In this document: piece after piece, positions 39,009-51,018 of the stretch | Layout of the letters: the number at the start of each line of letters is the position of its first letter | Position numbering within the stretch: position 1 is the stretch's first letter | DNA from: Octopus bimaculoides | Taxonomy: Eukaryota | Assembly: GCF_001194135.2 (NCBI RefSeq) | Contig: NC_068989.1 | Location: 118,277 to 182,276 of the forward strand | DNA: 64,000 nt | Reading direction: 5' to 3' | The notes under the pieces: generated by a model | Told to the model about the DNA's origin: nothing | What the model saw: the letters and a program-made list of their open reading frames with translations, nothing else | The model's database searches: none | Position numbers and translations under genes: made by a program

Positions 39009-39501
39009 GTAAGAATCTATCAGGTTAAATGTAGTTAGATAACTAAGGCGTTTCCATTTGTAATGCAGCGTTGTGAGTTGGTATTCTACTACAAACATTT
39101 TTCTTCTAGCAAGGCAATCCACTCTAGTTTTGTCCTACTTTAACTGGAAAGTAACTACTTGTCCATTTGAGAGAATTACTATGTGACAGATAATGTTCTT
39201 CAAGAAGAAATTTGCTTCTTATTTGTTTTGAAATTCTGAAACTTATAACTTCTTTCTTCTGATCACTCAGTAGGGACTGGGCTCACTCAGTCACTGGGTG
39301 TGGTTTCGTTATCATCACTATTATACTTTTAAAATAATATAGGAATGTTTTAATGGTTTAGCTGAATAAAATGACCAAACAAATAGCAGCAGTTCCATGA
39401 ACGAATATTTATTAGAAGGTCTCATTTATGTATAAGAAATTATTTCTTTTGTTTATTTACTATGGAGATTCAAATGCTAATATTGGCAAATATATTTGCA
39501 G

Positions 39502-39612
39502 GAAAAACGAAGCAGCATTCCTGATGACCTTGGCAGAGACATGCAAACAACTGCAAGTTACCAAAAGAGACATGAAGTGTTTGAAAATGATCTGATGGCT
39601 TTAGAGGCACAG
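39502..39612 (+). CDS. SPTBN5: E26 spectrin exon
   Basis: cag|GAA...CAG|gtaaaa; EKRSSIPDDLGRDMQTTASYQKRHEVFENDLMALEAQ. Confidence 0.94.
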
Positions 39613-39785
39613 GTAAAATGCAGTTATCAACTACCACCATGTTCTCCTCGATCATAGAGTTCAGTTCAATCAACTTCTCCTGTCAATCTACTTTTGAATA
39701 ATTTCAAGACTTTTATTCCAAGAAGTGTTGCATGTCTTGTGAGACATATATTTTGCATGCCAATGACTTTTTTCTCTCTCCACAG

Positions 39786-39968
39786 CTTCAAGTACTGATG
39801 GATGATTCTTCTCATTTGCTAAAAGTCTATACTTCTGAGGAGCTAAGAAATAGCATTATTAATTCTAAGGAAGAAATCCTTGCTAAGTGGAGTGAATTAC
39901 AAGAAATGGCAGAATTACGCAAAGAGAAACTAGCTGCAGCTGCTAATTACCATCATTTTCAGACTTCA
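39786..39968 (+). CDS. SPTBN5: E27 spectrin exon
   Basis: cag|CTT...TCA|gtaagt; LQVLMDDSSHLLKVY...AKWSELQEMAELRKEKLAAAANYHHFQTS. Confidence 0.94.
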
Positions 39969-40499
39969 GTAAGTTTATCTAGAATTTTCTACCTGATTTT
40001 TAGAAATAAATTTTTAAAAAAAGAAATAGTAACTATTTTTAACTTCGACAGAAGGGCAACAGTTTTGAGAAGATGAATTAGTTAGTCCCATGGACTGCAA
40101 TACTTGACTTGCAGAATGCTTTGATGTGAAGTTGTAGCTTCTGTCAGTCTCAAGATATTCAAACATGTGAGAGAAATATGTATCAAGTATTTATTCTTCA
40201 ATCATGTCTTCTTTTCTGGCATATTCAGAATTACTTTATCCTTTGTATTGAACCAGTTTTGGAAGCTGTATTTCAGAAAGATTTAGTTGCAATTTTTTAA
40301 GGTTTAGTCCTGTATAGAAGCTTGCTTACAAGTTCACTGTAATTAGTTTGCAATACTGAGTTCAATACATTGCACAGTAAAAAATTAGTCAATTTCAGAA
40401 TCTTATCCCAGAATGAAAGAGCTTATCGTTCATTTGTTTATTTCTTCAGAAACTTCAATGATGCTATGAATCCTTGTGATTCACAAAATACTAGCAAAA

Positions 40500-40885
40500 T
40501 CATCATCATCATCATCATCATCGTTTAACGTCCGCTTTCCATGCTAGCACGGGTTGAACGATTTGACTGAGGACTGGTGAAACCGGATGGCAACACCAGG
40601 CTCCAATCTAATTTGGCAGAGTTTCTACAGCTGGATGCCCTTCCTAACGCCAACCACTCAGAGTGTAGTGGGTGCTTTTACGTGTCACCCGCAAGAAAAC
40701 GGCCACGCTCGAAATGGTGTTTTTTATGTGCCACCCGCACAAGAGCCAGTCCAGGGGCACTGGCAACGATCTCGCTCGAAAACCCTACAAAGCCAGTCAG
40801 GCGGTACTGGCAACGGTCACGCTCAGGATGGTACATCTTATGTGCCACCCGCACAAGAGCCAGTCCATGGGCCCTGGCAACAAAA
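40500..40885 (-). mobile_element. Young RTE 3' UTR-derived element
   Basis: (CAT)7 tail; nearly identical to 52020-52340; CpG-rich. Confidence 0.88.
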
Positions 40886-41513
40886 TGTTTTGTAAATTTT
40901 TTTACAGAGTAATTAGCATTTGTTTATTGCTAAGATAATCAGAAATAAATTCCTTTTGAGAGAGTGCCAAGATTCATGAGAAGAGTTGATAATTCCATTG
41001 TGTACCATTTCCATATGGGTTTGGAACTATACCAATTTCACATTAATCTAGGAACTTTGTACTACTTTCCAGTGTGTACAGTTCCATGTGAACTATTGGA
41101 AGTCTGTACTAGTGCTTATGCTCCTCTCTTGGAACTCTAAATTGTTTTATGTGATATCTTGAAATTTTTCATGTTCTCCGTCTATCTTTGGACTATTCTT
41201 TGTGACGTTACACCTGTTTACCGTTCTCTGCAGCATCTGTGAATTGTTTACTTCTCTCTGTGTATCGAAGAGCTGTATACTGTTTCTGATGTGGTTTTGG
41301 TATCATGTTTAAGTCTTAGAATTATTTTCATTGCATGGATCTTCAAAATATTTACAATTCTTCAGAAATATTCTATTTGCTACATTATAAAATCACAATA
41401 TAAGAAAGATAACCATGTCAAAGACAACTGTTTGATTTCTGGATACCTTAAATTTCGATGTGTAATTTTTAATGTATTTTCATTACAAACTGTTTAATTG
41501 TTCTGTTATAAAG

Positions 41514-41717
41514 GTGCGAGAACTTCTTGGTTGGGCTTCTGAAATTGAACGGGAGATGAGCTCTGAACCTCAAGTTAGAGATTTACAAGCTGTACTTCAA
41601 TTAGAGAACCGGTATAATGAACTAAAAGCTGAGATTGATGCTCGTCAGGATATATTTCTTCAAGTTGCTGACGAAGGAGCCCAAATGATTGAAAATAAAC
41701 ATTATGCAAAGGCAGAG
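41514..41717 (+). CDS. SPTBN5: E28 spectrin exon
   Basis: aag|GTG...GAG|gtatct; VRELLGWASEIEREMSSEPQVRDLQ...KAEIDARQD...HYAKAE. Confidence 0.93.
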
Positions 41718-42941
41718 GTATCTATGATTTTTCTATAGTTTATTAATATTAAAAGGTAAATGCTGTGGTGAAAGAAACTGTGTGTTGGATGCAAATGAAA
41801 GGACTGAGACACCTTTCCTTTTTGGCTACGTTTTCTTTGGCATCTTCAAGTTTCACTTGAAGAAAGTAAGGGTGGAGAGGGAGTTAGGGTTAGGGTTAGA
41901 ATTCTCTTGCCCAATAAATTTATTGAAAGTTTAGTGGGAGTATCAAATCTGGCCCAAGATAATGGGCTTGCTCTTATATATTGTATTTGTAAATTGGAGA
42001 ATAGCAGTTTGGAAAAGATACTTGACTGTGGCTTTCAGGGAAATCAGATTTATGAGTTTCCTTGATTGGTCCTGAGTTACCTCCATTTTTGGATGTTTCT
42101 TTGTTATTTCTTGTTTTTGTTATTTTGCTATTTTCTCAATCTGAAGCCCCAATACACTCCCCAGCATTTTGGGTCTTTGTGGCCAATAAAGCAATTATTA
42201 TTTAAATGTAAATGAACAAGGGGAATGATGGACTTAATGTCTTAGAGTTTGTAGTTTCATTTCTTTGTTGGGAGTTCAAATCTCACTGAAGTTGACCTTC
42301 TTTCTGAAGGTAAATTATTACCAGTAACAAACTGTAGGAAATTTCCTCTATTTCACTCTGTGTTACAAAAATTGGTTTGTGCTTTACATAGTCAAAAATA
42401 AACTTCAATTCAATTGTAAATAAAAGCCACATCAGTTCTCAAAGAAAAATTTAATTGACTGTTCCACTGCTTATAGATCTTTAAAGATGCATATAAATGT
42501 AGAGGTTGTAGGTCCTAGTAACACTGGAAAGATACCTGGGCTCTACAGTAGAGACATGTCATACATGGCCTCATTTTAGATTCACTACTAATCATATTCT
42601 GTTGTTTAGAGCCATTTGATCAAAGATTTGATTGTTAACATGGAAAATATTGATGTTCTTTTTTTGTTGATTTAACATGAGTATTATGTGATTAAGACAA
42701 TATTTCAAGCAGATTGTTTGTGTAACATAATGCACCTGTGAGAATGTGCTTCTTCACGAGTTTGTTTCCCTCTGGTGAGCCTGTACATTTTCGATGGGCT
42801 TGTGTATTTTATCTGTGAACCCACACTTCTATAATGACTGTATACTCTGCAGTGATTCTGCTCCACTGTGGAAAGAGAAATACTTGGCACAAAAGTTCCT
42901 TGCCTTGAAAAAAGTTTCCTTTTTTTATTTTTCCTCCTCAG

Positions 42942-43091
42942 ATTCAGGAAAAGGTTGATCAAATTCTTTTAACTCAAGACAGACTTAATACTTTGTGGGA
43001 AAAACGCAAACAATACAACAACCAGCTTCATGGTTTGCATGTCTTTTTAAGAGATACCAATCAATTAAACAGAATTGCTTCTTCTCAAGAG
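42942..43091 (+). CDS. SPTBN5: E29 spectrin exon
   Basis: cag|ATT...GAG|gtatgg; IQEKVDQILLTQDRLNTLWEKRKQYNNQLHGLHVFLRDTNQLNRIASSQE. Confidence 0.94.
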
Positions 43092-43276
43092 GTATGGAAT
43101 TTTTTTTCGCTTCACATATTTTTCACTTAGAATATTTCAGCTAAATATTTTTTATTTATTAGTTGTTTTTTTTGTTGTTGTTGTTGTTTTTTAAGATAAC
43201 TTATCGGTTTATTGTAAACTATTTGTCTATCAGTTAACATGTTACATAAAGAAAATTATTTTAACTATGATCTAGT

Positions 43277-43480
43277 TGTTGTTTAGCTCCAGCTCAGCTC
43301 TGACTGAGCAGATTCATTGTGAAAGGCATTTCAACAATGATCAACCTGTCTATTTTCAAACATTTACTTGAGATGAATTTTGGATAACAAATCACACCCT
43401 ATCGTCTTGAGTAGACTTGTTAAGAAGGTGTAATTTGTGGCCAATTTGGATTCTGTTCTAATTGTTTGAATGACTATTTA
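43277..43480. repeat. Unclassified dispersed repeat family (degenerate)
   Basis: ttagctccagctcagctctgactgagcaga...aaaggcatt motif recurs near 23940, 44440, 44680, 45940, 48520. Confidence 0.55.
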
Positions 43481-43959
43481 AGTAGATAGATACTCCCACA
43501 TTAAACAATTTAGAATTGTGTTAAGACTATTGATACTTCTAACTAATTTGGATCTGAAAAGATAATATCAGAAACCCCTGTTTAGTTACCACTGTACAAA
43601 ATGCTGTTTCATAAGTGGGATTTTTTCATTTTTTTTTTTATTATTATGATTAAAACTTTATAGTTGAGTAGAAACTTCAAACATTCAACTGCTGGGTCTG
43701 CTGAAGACATTTTCATAATTCCATTGTAAATTTGAAAATATTCAAATGGACTTAGAATTTATAAGCTGAAGTGAATCAGAAATACATAGATTGCTGTTGA
43801 AGGCATCAAATGTATATAAGAATATTTTTACATTTTCTGTATTTTGTGACTGTGTGTTATAATAACATCATCATCTTCGTCGTTTAACATCTGTTTTCCA
43901 TGCTGGCATGGGTTGGACATATTTGGTAATTGTCATCACATTTTAAAATTTCGTTTCAG

Positions 43960-44064
43960 GCTTCTCTCAACACTTCTGATTGTGGTCTGAATGTAGAAGA
44001 AGCAGAAACTCTTGCTCGTAAACATGCAAACTTTGAAAATTTGGTTGTTGCTCAGGATGAAAAA
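43960..44064 (+). CDS. SPTBN5: E30 spectrin exon
   Basis: cag|GCT...AAA|gtatgt; ASLNTSDCGLNVEEAETLARKHANFENLVVAQDEK. Confidence 0.94.
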
Positions 44065-44272
44065 GTATGTGTTATTTGAAAAGGCATTTTCCTTTTCTAT
44101 ATAAAAAAATTTACAATGTAAATGTGTGCATTCTTAACTTCATTTAATACTAGAAGAATTGAACAAAGAAATTAACTAATTAACTGTAATTTCCAATTGT
44201 TCATACTGTAAAAGAATTGACCTTGATCATTTCTCTAACTATCTAGCTATAGTTCTATTCACCTGTTTTCAG

Positions 44273-44364
44273 TTGGAAAGTGTCAAGTGCCAAGCTAAAG
44301 AACTGCTGAAAAATAAACATGTATCTTCTGACATTGAAGCGCCATTGGAAGCCATCATAAAAAG
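44273..44364 (+). CDS. SPTBN5: E31 spectrin exon
   Basis: cag|TTG...AG|gtattt; LESVKCQAKELLKNKHVSSDIEAPLEAIIKR. Confidence 0.9.
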
Positions 44365-45410
44365 GTATTTTTCACATTTTTGTTCTATTTTCTCATTTTT
44401 TTTCTTCTGTTATTTTGATAATTTATTATTTTCCAGCTAGATAACCATATTAGAGTAGCACTAAGATCCAAGGCATTCCAGGCATGACCACCTTTTTTAT
44501 TGTTTTATTTTTTCAAGACAGTGTCTCTAATGTTCCTTTTTTAACAAAGTAGAATGTGGTTTAAAGAGATTTATCTGCTATTTCTTTAAAGTCAGGCATA
44601 GAAATATTCTTTTGGTTCACAAAGTCTTTTGCTGACCTACTCCATGTAGTTATAAATGGATACTATAAGGATGTAGGGGTTATTCTTTAACCACAGGTCA
44701 GTCCTGATTAAACTGACCTTTCATCAAAGGCATTGACTATCCCATCTTTTGTTTCAGCTATAATGTATCCAGGAGTGTTATATTATTATTTTTAACATAC
44801 TAGGGTGTGATCTTAGAGATATTGGGCTGTTGTTTCTAGCAGGTCTAATTACTTCATAAAGGCTCCTTCATTACTGCAAAACAGGACAGTTTGTACTAAG
44901 AGATGACTGGACAACTGTTTAATTAAAGCCTACTTAACACTGTTCAGTTAAAAAACATTGCATAAGCATAGCTTGGAGATTTATGAGTTCCAAGCTATGC
45001 TCATGGAATGTTTTTTAGCTGCCCCAAGATATATTACATAAAGTATTTTCCACTATCATAATGATCCCATGTATTCTAGGACTTAATACCACTTTATACT
45101 CTCATTTCTGCAGAGGTATCAGAAATATAAAACATTTTTGGCTGTCATATCATCTTAATTGATATTATACCATGCTGCAGTTCATATAAGATTGAAGAAC
45201 ATTTGACTTTATAGTTTTAGGTGTATTTTTGTTTAAAGTAACTCTATTACAATATATTGTACCCTCATGAATACCCAATCTTGGAAATATAGATGATTGT
45301 CCAGATAGTTGTCTTGAAGAGAAATAATCAAGAGATCTAATCTTATTATACATACTAAATATATGCATAATTTATGTATTAATCTTTTATTTATTTTTTT
45401 CCTTTTGTAG

Positions 45411-45501
45411 GAGAAAATCCATAAAAAACCAATGTAATGCCAGGAAAGAAAATCTGCAGAATTCCTTAGGTTACTTCCGTTTTAAAAGAGACCAAGATGA
45501 G
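45411..45501 (+). CDS. SPTBN5: E32 spectrin exon
   Basis: tag|G...GAG|gtaatt; RKSIKNQCNARKENLQNSLGYFRFKRDQDE. Confidence 0.92.
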
Positions 45502-45612
45502 GTAATTTTGTTGCATATGAAATGTAAAGTGTTATGAAAGAATAATGTGACTGGTTCTCAATGAATTGTGCATTGGTTTCATCTTCTTTAGCTGGGTCTG
45601 CCTATCAAGTAT

Positions 45613-45863
45613 AAAATTAAATGCGCCCTTTTTTAAAGCCTAGCCAGGCTCATGGGCCTAGTTTCAATGGCGTATGTGTTCCCCAGCTGGACAGGATGCC
45701 AGTCCATCGCAGCGTTACTCATTTTTGCCAGTTGAGTGGACTGGAGCAACGTGAAATGAAGTGTTTTGCTCAAGAACACAACACGTCGCCTGGTCCAGGA
45801 ATCGAAACCACAATCTTACAATCATGGTGCTGACACCCTAACCACTAAGCCACGTGCCTCCAC
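45613..45863 (-). mobile_element. Full-length young tRNA-derived SINE (V-SINE-like body) with 13-bp TSD
   Basis: Minus strand GTGGAGGCACG-TGGCTTAGTGG (A box)...GGTTTCGATTCC (B box); TSD GCCTATCAAGTAT at 45600-45612 and 45864-45876. Confidence 0.88.
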
Positions 45864-46839
45864 GCCTATCAAGTATGGTTAAACAATATTGTTTAACCAT
45901 ATTAGCTCTGGATCATGTTTCATCTTTGTTTCTTTTTTATCTCCTGATCAGTCCTAACGGAGCAGATCAATGATCAAAAGTATCCCAACCATATTTGTCC
46001 CATCTTTTTCCAGGCATGTCTTTACAGCTATAATATTTAGAATGTTCTTTCTTCTCTTGTAATACTGAAGGCTGTGATTTGAGGGAGATTTGTTGGGTTT
46101 TGTCTGGCAAAGTCAAGCAAAAGCATAAAGGATCCCTCAGTGAACCAAAGGATCACTTGTATGTTGCCTAGTTTAATACTCCTGCCTGGCCTTTGGGCAC
46201 TTTAGCAGAGTCCACTCTATTGTAAGCATTTAGGCCATGCCATTGGACTCAGAATAACTTCCATCCTTCCTCTCACCAATCGTAGTCCTTGAAAGTGCCA
46301 CCTTTTCTTCTTAGATGAAGCCATTCAGAATGTAAACCAGTCACTGGTAGCTATCGTTTACATTAACAAGTTTTTCAACCTAGTGCAACTTGACCATTTC
46401 ATCTCCAGAGGTAACCTCTAGTTGAATATGTAATTTTTAATGGACAGGTGCATCATGTTATTCTGTGAGCTCACAGATTGTGAATTTATACCCCTTGCAT
46501 GTTTTGTGGGTTTTTCTGATAATCTCGTGTACATAAATTGATGCTGTTGTCAGGAATTAGTAATTACCAGATATTCTAGAAATATTATGTCTGCTGGACT
46601 TTCTTTACTATCTGGAGGATATGGGGATTATTTGGTATTGACTTAATGCTTTTAAACTTTGTGTTAAGTTCAATGAGTTCTTGCAGATCTCATTGAGTTC
46701 AACCTAAAGATACATTGTATATTCCAATAATGAAATCTTGGGACTGTTTTTTTAATATGTTTAGGAGCTTCATTTTTTCGTTATTATACTATCAGTATAT
46801 TATGAAATATAAAAGTTGTCTTCATTATCTATATTATAG

Positions 46840-46998
46840 ATTGAAAACTGGATGGATGATAAGCTGAAAGTTGCTGTTGATGATGATGTTGTTAAAGATA
46901 CTACTGATCTTAATGTGAAACTGAAGAAACTGCAGAAACACCAAGCATTTGTTTCAGAAATATATGCCAACACTGATAGGATAGAAAAGACAAAGCAG
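46840..46998 (+). CDS. SPTBN5: E33 spectrin exon
   Basis: tag|ATT...CAG|gtctgt; IENWMDDKLKVAVDDDVVKDTTDLNVKLKKLQKHQAFVSEIYANTDRIEKTKQ. Confidence 0.94.
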
Positions 46999-47225
46999 GT
47001 CTGTTTCCAATATTTCTTTTAAATTGTTCCAATTTGTACAAATTACTAATGTTCATTTAATATTTAGCCTTCATTCTCAATAATATCCTTTCCACCTACG
47101 TTGTGCATTGATTACTCTACCAAACCAACAAATTATTCCCCCTCCACCGTATGCCTCACTTCCCCATTTGCTATTCCTGTTTCTACCCCAACACATGCAC
47201 ACTCACAATCTGCCCATCCATGTCA

Positions 47226-47266
<41 letters not shown>

Positions 47267-47622
47267 TTCTCTACCATTTCACTTTCACTCTTCTGTCTCT
47301 CTTCACCCTCTTTCTGCTGTCAGTCATCATCTTCTCTCCACTATCTCCCCACAAATCATATATCATTGGTTACCCCTCCCTTCCACCATTCACCCATCAA
47401 CCCTACTCTTCTCTACCTATCATTCTATTTCAGCCTCTCACTCATTCCCCATCTCTAGCCATCTCCTACATCTTTTTTACCCACCCACACTCTTTTCAAT
47501 TCTTCTTACCTTGTATCTTGAGGGTCCACCCTAATTCCTCCTCACCACTATTTTCCATCTATTTCCAGCTCCATCTCAGCTATGCTATGCACAGTTTACA
47601 ACGCTTGGTCCTGTTAATGTAG

Positions 47623-48030
47623 GGTCTTGGATTTTCATGGAGAATCTTAGAAAATCCAGGCCCCTACATAAATGGGACTGAACATTGTAAACTGTACATA
47701 GCCAATTGGAGGAAGATATTAAAGGACTCCCTCGACCCGGGGAACATCCTTAACACCAGAATGGAAGTCTTTGAACCCTGTTTGCACTTCAGGAAATTCC
47801 TGCTGGCATCCTGGGACCCACACGATAAGAGTCGATTACGAATAACAACCAAAGGGAGACAATCCCCTGTTGTTGGCTGTAACGAAGTCTTTTCCTCCTC
47901 CATTTTCTAGAGAGGCCAGTTGCTACAGAGGCTATGACCCAACAGGTTTTGGGGTCTGATGATATGCTGTAAAGTTAAGCACTTTATGGATGTGAAACCC
48001 AGGGTAATTCCATGGACCAACCTTATCTAT
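47623..48030 (+). mobile_element. Penelope-like retroelement 3' end (GIY-YIG C-terminal region plus UTR)
   Basis: ATG-less open frame 47623-47910 (absent from the ORF track): FSWRILENPGPYINGTEHCKL...DPGNILNTRMEVFEPCLHFRKFLLASW resembles the W.IL...PY.NG...C.LC...LN.R.E....C.H..KFLL tail of PLE endonucleases; hammerhead 40 nt after the stop. Confidence 0.7.
47950..48012 (+). ncRNA. Type I hammerhead ribozyme motif (Penelope-associated), sense to host pre-mRNA
   Basis: TGGGGT-CTGATGA-T-ATGCTGTAAAGT(TAAGC)ACTTTATGGATGT-GAAA-CCCAGGG-TA-ATTCCA: full CUGAUGA/GAAA core, GUA site (cleavage after 48006), 6-bp stem I (two G-U), long wobble-rich stem II with one bulge, near-palindromic stem III. Confidence 0.75.
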
Positions 48031-48294
48031 CTTTATACTCTACTTCTCTATAACTTAGAGTGTGCTTCTTTTTCAGATTTATGATTTACCGATGATATAT
48101 TCAGTATATATAAAACAAATGAGTGAAAAAGTAGTCAATATATATTGTAAAATATAATTACTAAATTTACTTTGCCGATCACTTTTGAAGTGTTGCCTGA
48201 AGATTCCACAAATTGTTGTCTTCACGCTACAAATTCCTTGTAAATTTAATACATGTTCCTTTTTCTTTATTGAATTGAAATTATTATGATTCAG

Positions 48295-48483
48295 AATGGA
48301 GAAGCATTAATTAAGAAGAATTATCAAAAACAAGAGATTCAGCAATCTATCAACTCCATGACCAGTAAATGGAACAACTTGTTGCATGCAGCAGAGAGCC
48401 GAGGCAAAGGATTGGAAGCAGCTCGAGATCTTCTTAGCTTCTATGAGCAGATTGAGAAAGTGAATGTTTGGATGAGAGAAAAG
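48295..48483 (+). CDS. SPTBN5: E34 spectrin exon
   Basis: cag|AAT...AAG|gtaatt; NGEALIKKNYQKQEIQ...KWNNLLHAAESRGKGLEAARDLLSFYEQIEKVNVWMREK. Confidence 0.94.
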
Positions 48484-49308
48484 GTAATTTTAATTGTGTA
48501 TCTTCAAAGAAATTAGCCAAAAGTTGTGTTTAGCCTAGGTTCAGTACCAATCAAACTGATTTAAGATGTGGCCAGTTTATTCCATTTTCTTTCCTTTAAA
48601 TTCCTATGGTGTACACTCAGGACCATATTATCAGTTTGACAATCATGTGATAATCCTATCTTTTGCGTATTTAAGACTACATTGTCTAATGTACTTTTTT
48701 TTTTCACTATTTTACTTGTTTCAGTCATTTGACTGATAGAAATGGAAATGGCAGAAGATAAACTATATAATGTACAACAGTTATTTAATTTTCCTTTTCT
48801 ATATATTTGATGATATTCCCAAAGTTTTCTAAGACTTGCCTTTGCCTGGCCTTGTTGAGATTATCTTGAATATAAATATATCCTGCATATTGTTTAATTT
48901 ATACCGAGTTCCAAAAACTTGTTTCTATCAGGGTAAAATTGTTTGTAGACCTCAACCTTCTTAATAAATAAAACTAACCACTGAGAATAAAATTTTATAT
49001 TTTATATTAACATTGCCATTGTGCTACTTTAACCATCTTTCTGCATGTCTGGAAAATATTTCCAAATAAATTTGTTCCTCTCTCTGGTGAAGAAGTCATT
49101 AGTCTTTTTTTTTTTTTGTTTGTTAGGCCAGGATGTTACTGTAATAATGTGATTGCTACATCTAATATTTATACTGAATTACAATAGGGTAGTGATTGGT
49201 TGGTCTAAAATAGGGGCAATTTGGAAGAAAGATTCAGCATAATATTTAAAATTGATGGGAAAATATTGTTATCTAATCATATTTTAATCTCTTCTGTATT
49301 ATTTTCAG

Positions 49309-49395
49309 GAAATATTAGTCAATGCTGGAGATATGGGACGGGACTATGAACATTGTTTGGAACTTTTAAAGAAAGTCAACAATCAAGATGCCGCT
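49309..49395 (+). CDS. SPTBN5: E35 spectrin exon
   Basis: cag|GAA...GCT|gtaagt; EILVNAGDMGRDYEHCLELLKKVNNQDAA. Confidence 0.93.
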
Positions 49396-49959
49396 GTAAG
49401 TATTCTGTGTTTTGAGTTACAACAAATAACTCAAGTATTATCTTAAATTAGAGCATTTTGATATTTGGTAATGTGTCTTCCTTTTGGTTATCACTGTTTT
49501 TTCCTGTTCAATGAAAATCATAACAAATATATACATGATTGAAAGTTTAGGAAGTCAAACAGCCAGAATACTGAACTTTGTCAAAACAGAATTATTGAGA
49601 CCAGACCAAATGACATCACTAAACTTACAAACTAATCAGAACTTGATTTTTTACCATGGTCAACAAGGGATGGAAATGTTTGGCAAACAAATGACATTAC
49701 CAGGAAGTCAAACAACCAGAAGGCTAAACCTTGCTAAAACATATTTGGACCAAAACACCTACAAGAAAAAGAAAAGACATCTCAAATTTGCAACTAATCA
49801 TAACTTGATCCTTTACCATAAAAACATGTATTTATGCTAAAATACTTTTTTACTTATAACATTTCGAACTCTTACAAGTGACCATGAAGAAACTTATGTC
49901 CTTCTACAGAAATTGTAACAAAACTTTTTTTCTTTCTCTCCATCTTGGTCATATAGTGA

Positions 49960-50830
49960 TTCAGCTATAAGAACTAGGTCATCAGCATAGAGGAACTCCC
50001 AGAGGCAGCCAGTCTTGAATTCCTCTGTTGAGGTCTTGGAGGATGAAGATAAACAAAAGGGGGATGAGAACTGATCCTTGGTGAACTCCTACCTGTACAC
50101 TGAATTCATTGCCATATTTGTTGTCAACATTCACCTTACTGGCAGCATCATTGTACATGGCTTGTACAGCTCTCACCAACCACTCATCTATCCCTAGCTT
50201 CTGCATTGATCACCAGATAAGGAAGCGGGAGACCCTGTCAAAAGCTTTCTCCATGTGAGCAAAAGCCAAGTAAAGTGGTTTATTCTTGGCTAGATATTTC
50301 TTTTGCAGTTGCCTAACCAGGAATATAGTACCAGTTATGCTTCTTCCTGGCACAACTCCAAACTGCATCTCATCTATGCTGACTTTCTCCCTAATTAATT
50401 GAGCTATGACCTTTTCTGTGACTTTCATCACCTGGTCCAGCAATTTGATGCTTCTGGAATTATTTCTGTCTCAGGCATCACCTTTGCCTTTGTAGCAGCT
50501 GACTATAATTTCACTTCACCAATCATTGGGTGTGACTCCCTTGTGCACAACTTGATTAACTATACAGATAACCAGGTTATATCCTACTCCGCCAGAGATT
50601 TTAAGCATCTCAGTGGTGGTTCTTGATAGGCTGGAAGCTTTCCCTGTCTTCTTATCCTTAATTACTTTATCTACTAAGGTACTGTTCATTCAAATAGCCA
50701 GTCCCTCTGTTGACTCCACATTAGGCAGGCTCTCCTTTTCCCATGCATTCTCTACATTTAGCAGCCTTTTATAGTGACATTTTCTAGCCTCTTTCTTTGC
50801 AGAATCACTAAATGCAAGTGAACCATATTT
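49960..50830 (-). pseudogene. RTE LINE RT fragment
   Basis: EMQFGVVPGRSITGTIFLVRQLQKKYLAKNKPLYLAFAHMEKAFDRV; VQVGVHQGSVLIPLLF. Confidence 0.9.
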
Positions 50831-50920
50831 CATTTTGTGTTTGATGTAGGTTAATTAACACATTCAATTCTAGAAACTGTGTAATCTCAGAACAAATATT
50901 TTATGGTTATATTTTTCTAG

Positions 50921-51018
50921 GGCATCAGGGTTGATGAAAACAGAATTCAGTCCATCAGTGATTTGGCTGATAAATTGAATAAAGAAGCCAAAGAAAAGAG
51001 AGATCATATGATAAAAGA
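50921..51018 (+). CDS. SPTBN5: E36 spectrin exon
   Basis: tag|GGC...GA|gtaaga; GIRVDENRIQSISDLADKLNKEAKEKRDHMIKD. Confidence 0.9.

Noticed and set aside
42700-42900. GC-richer non-repeat stretch upstream of E29 (possible snoRNA or conserved element)
   Set aside because: No convincing C/D or H/ACA boxes or stable fold by eye; needs a cross-species alignment.
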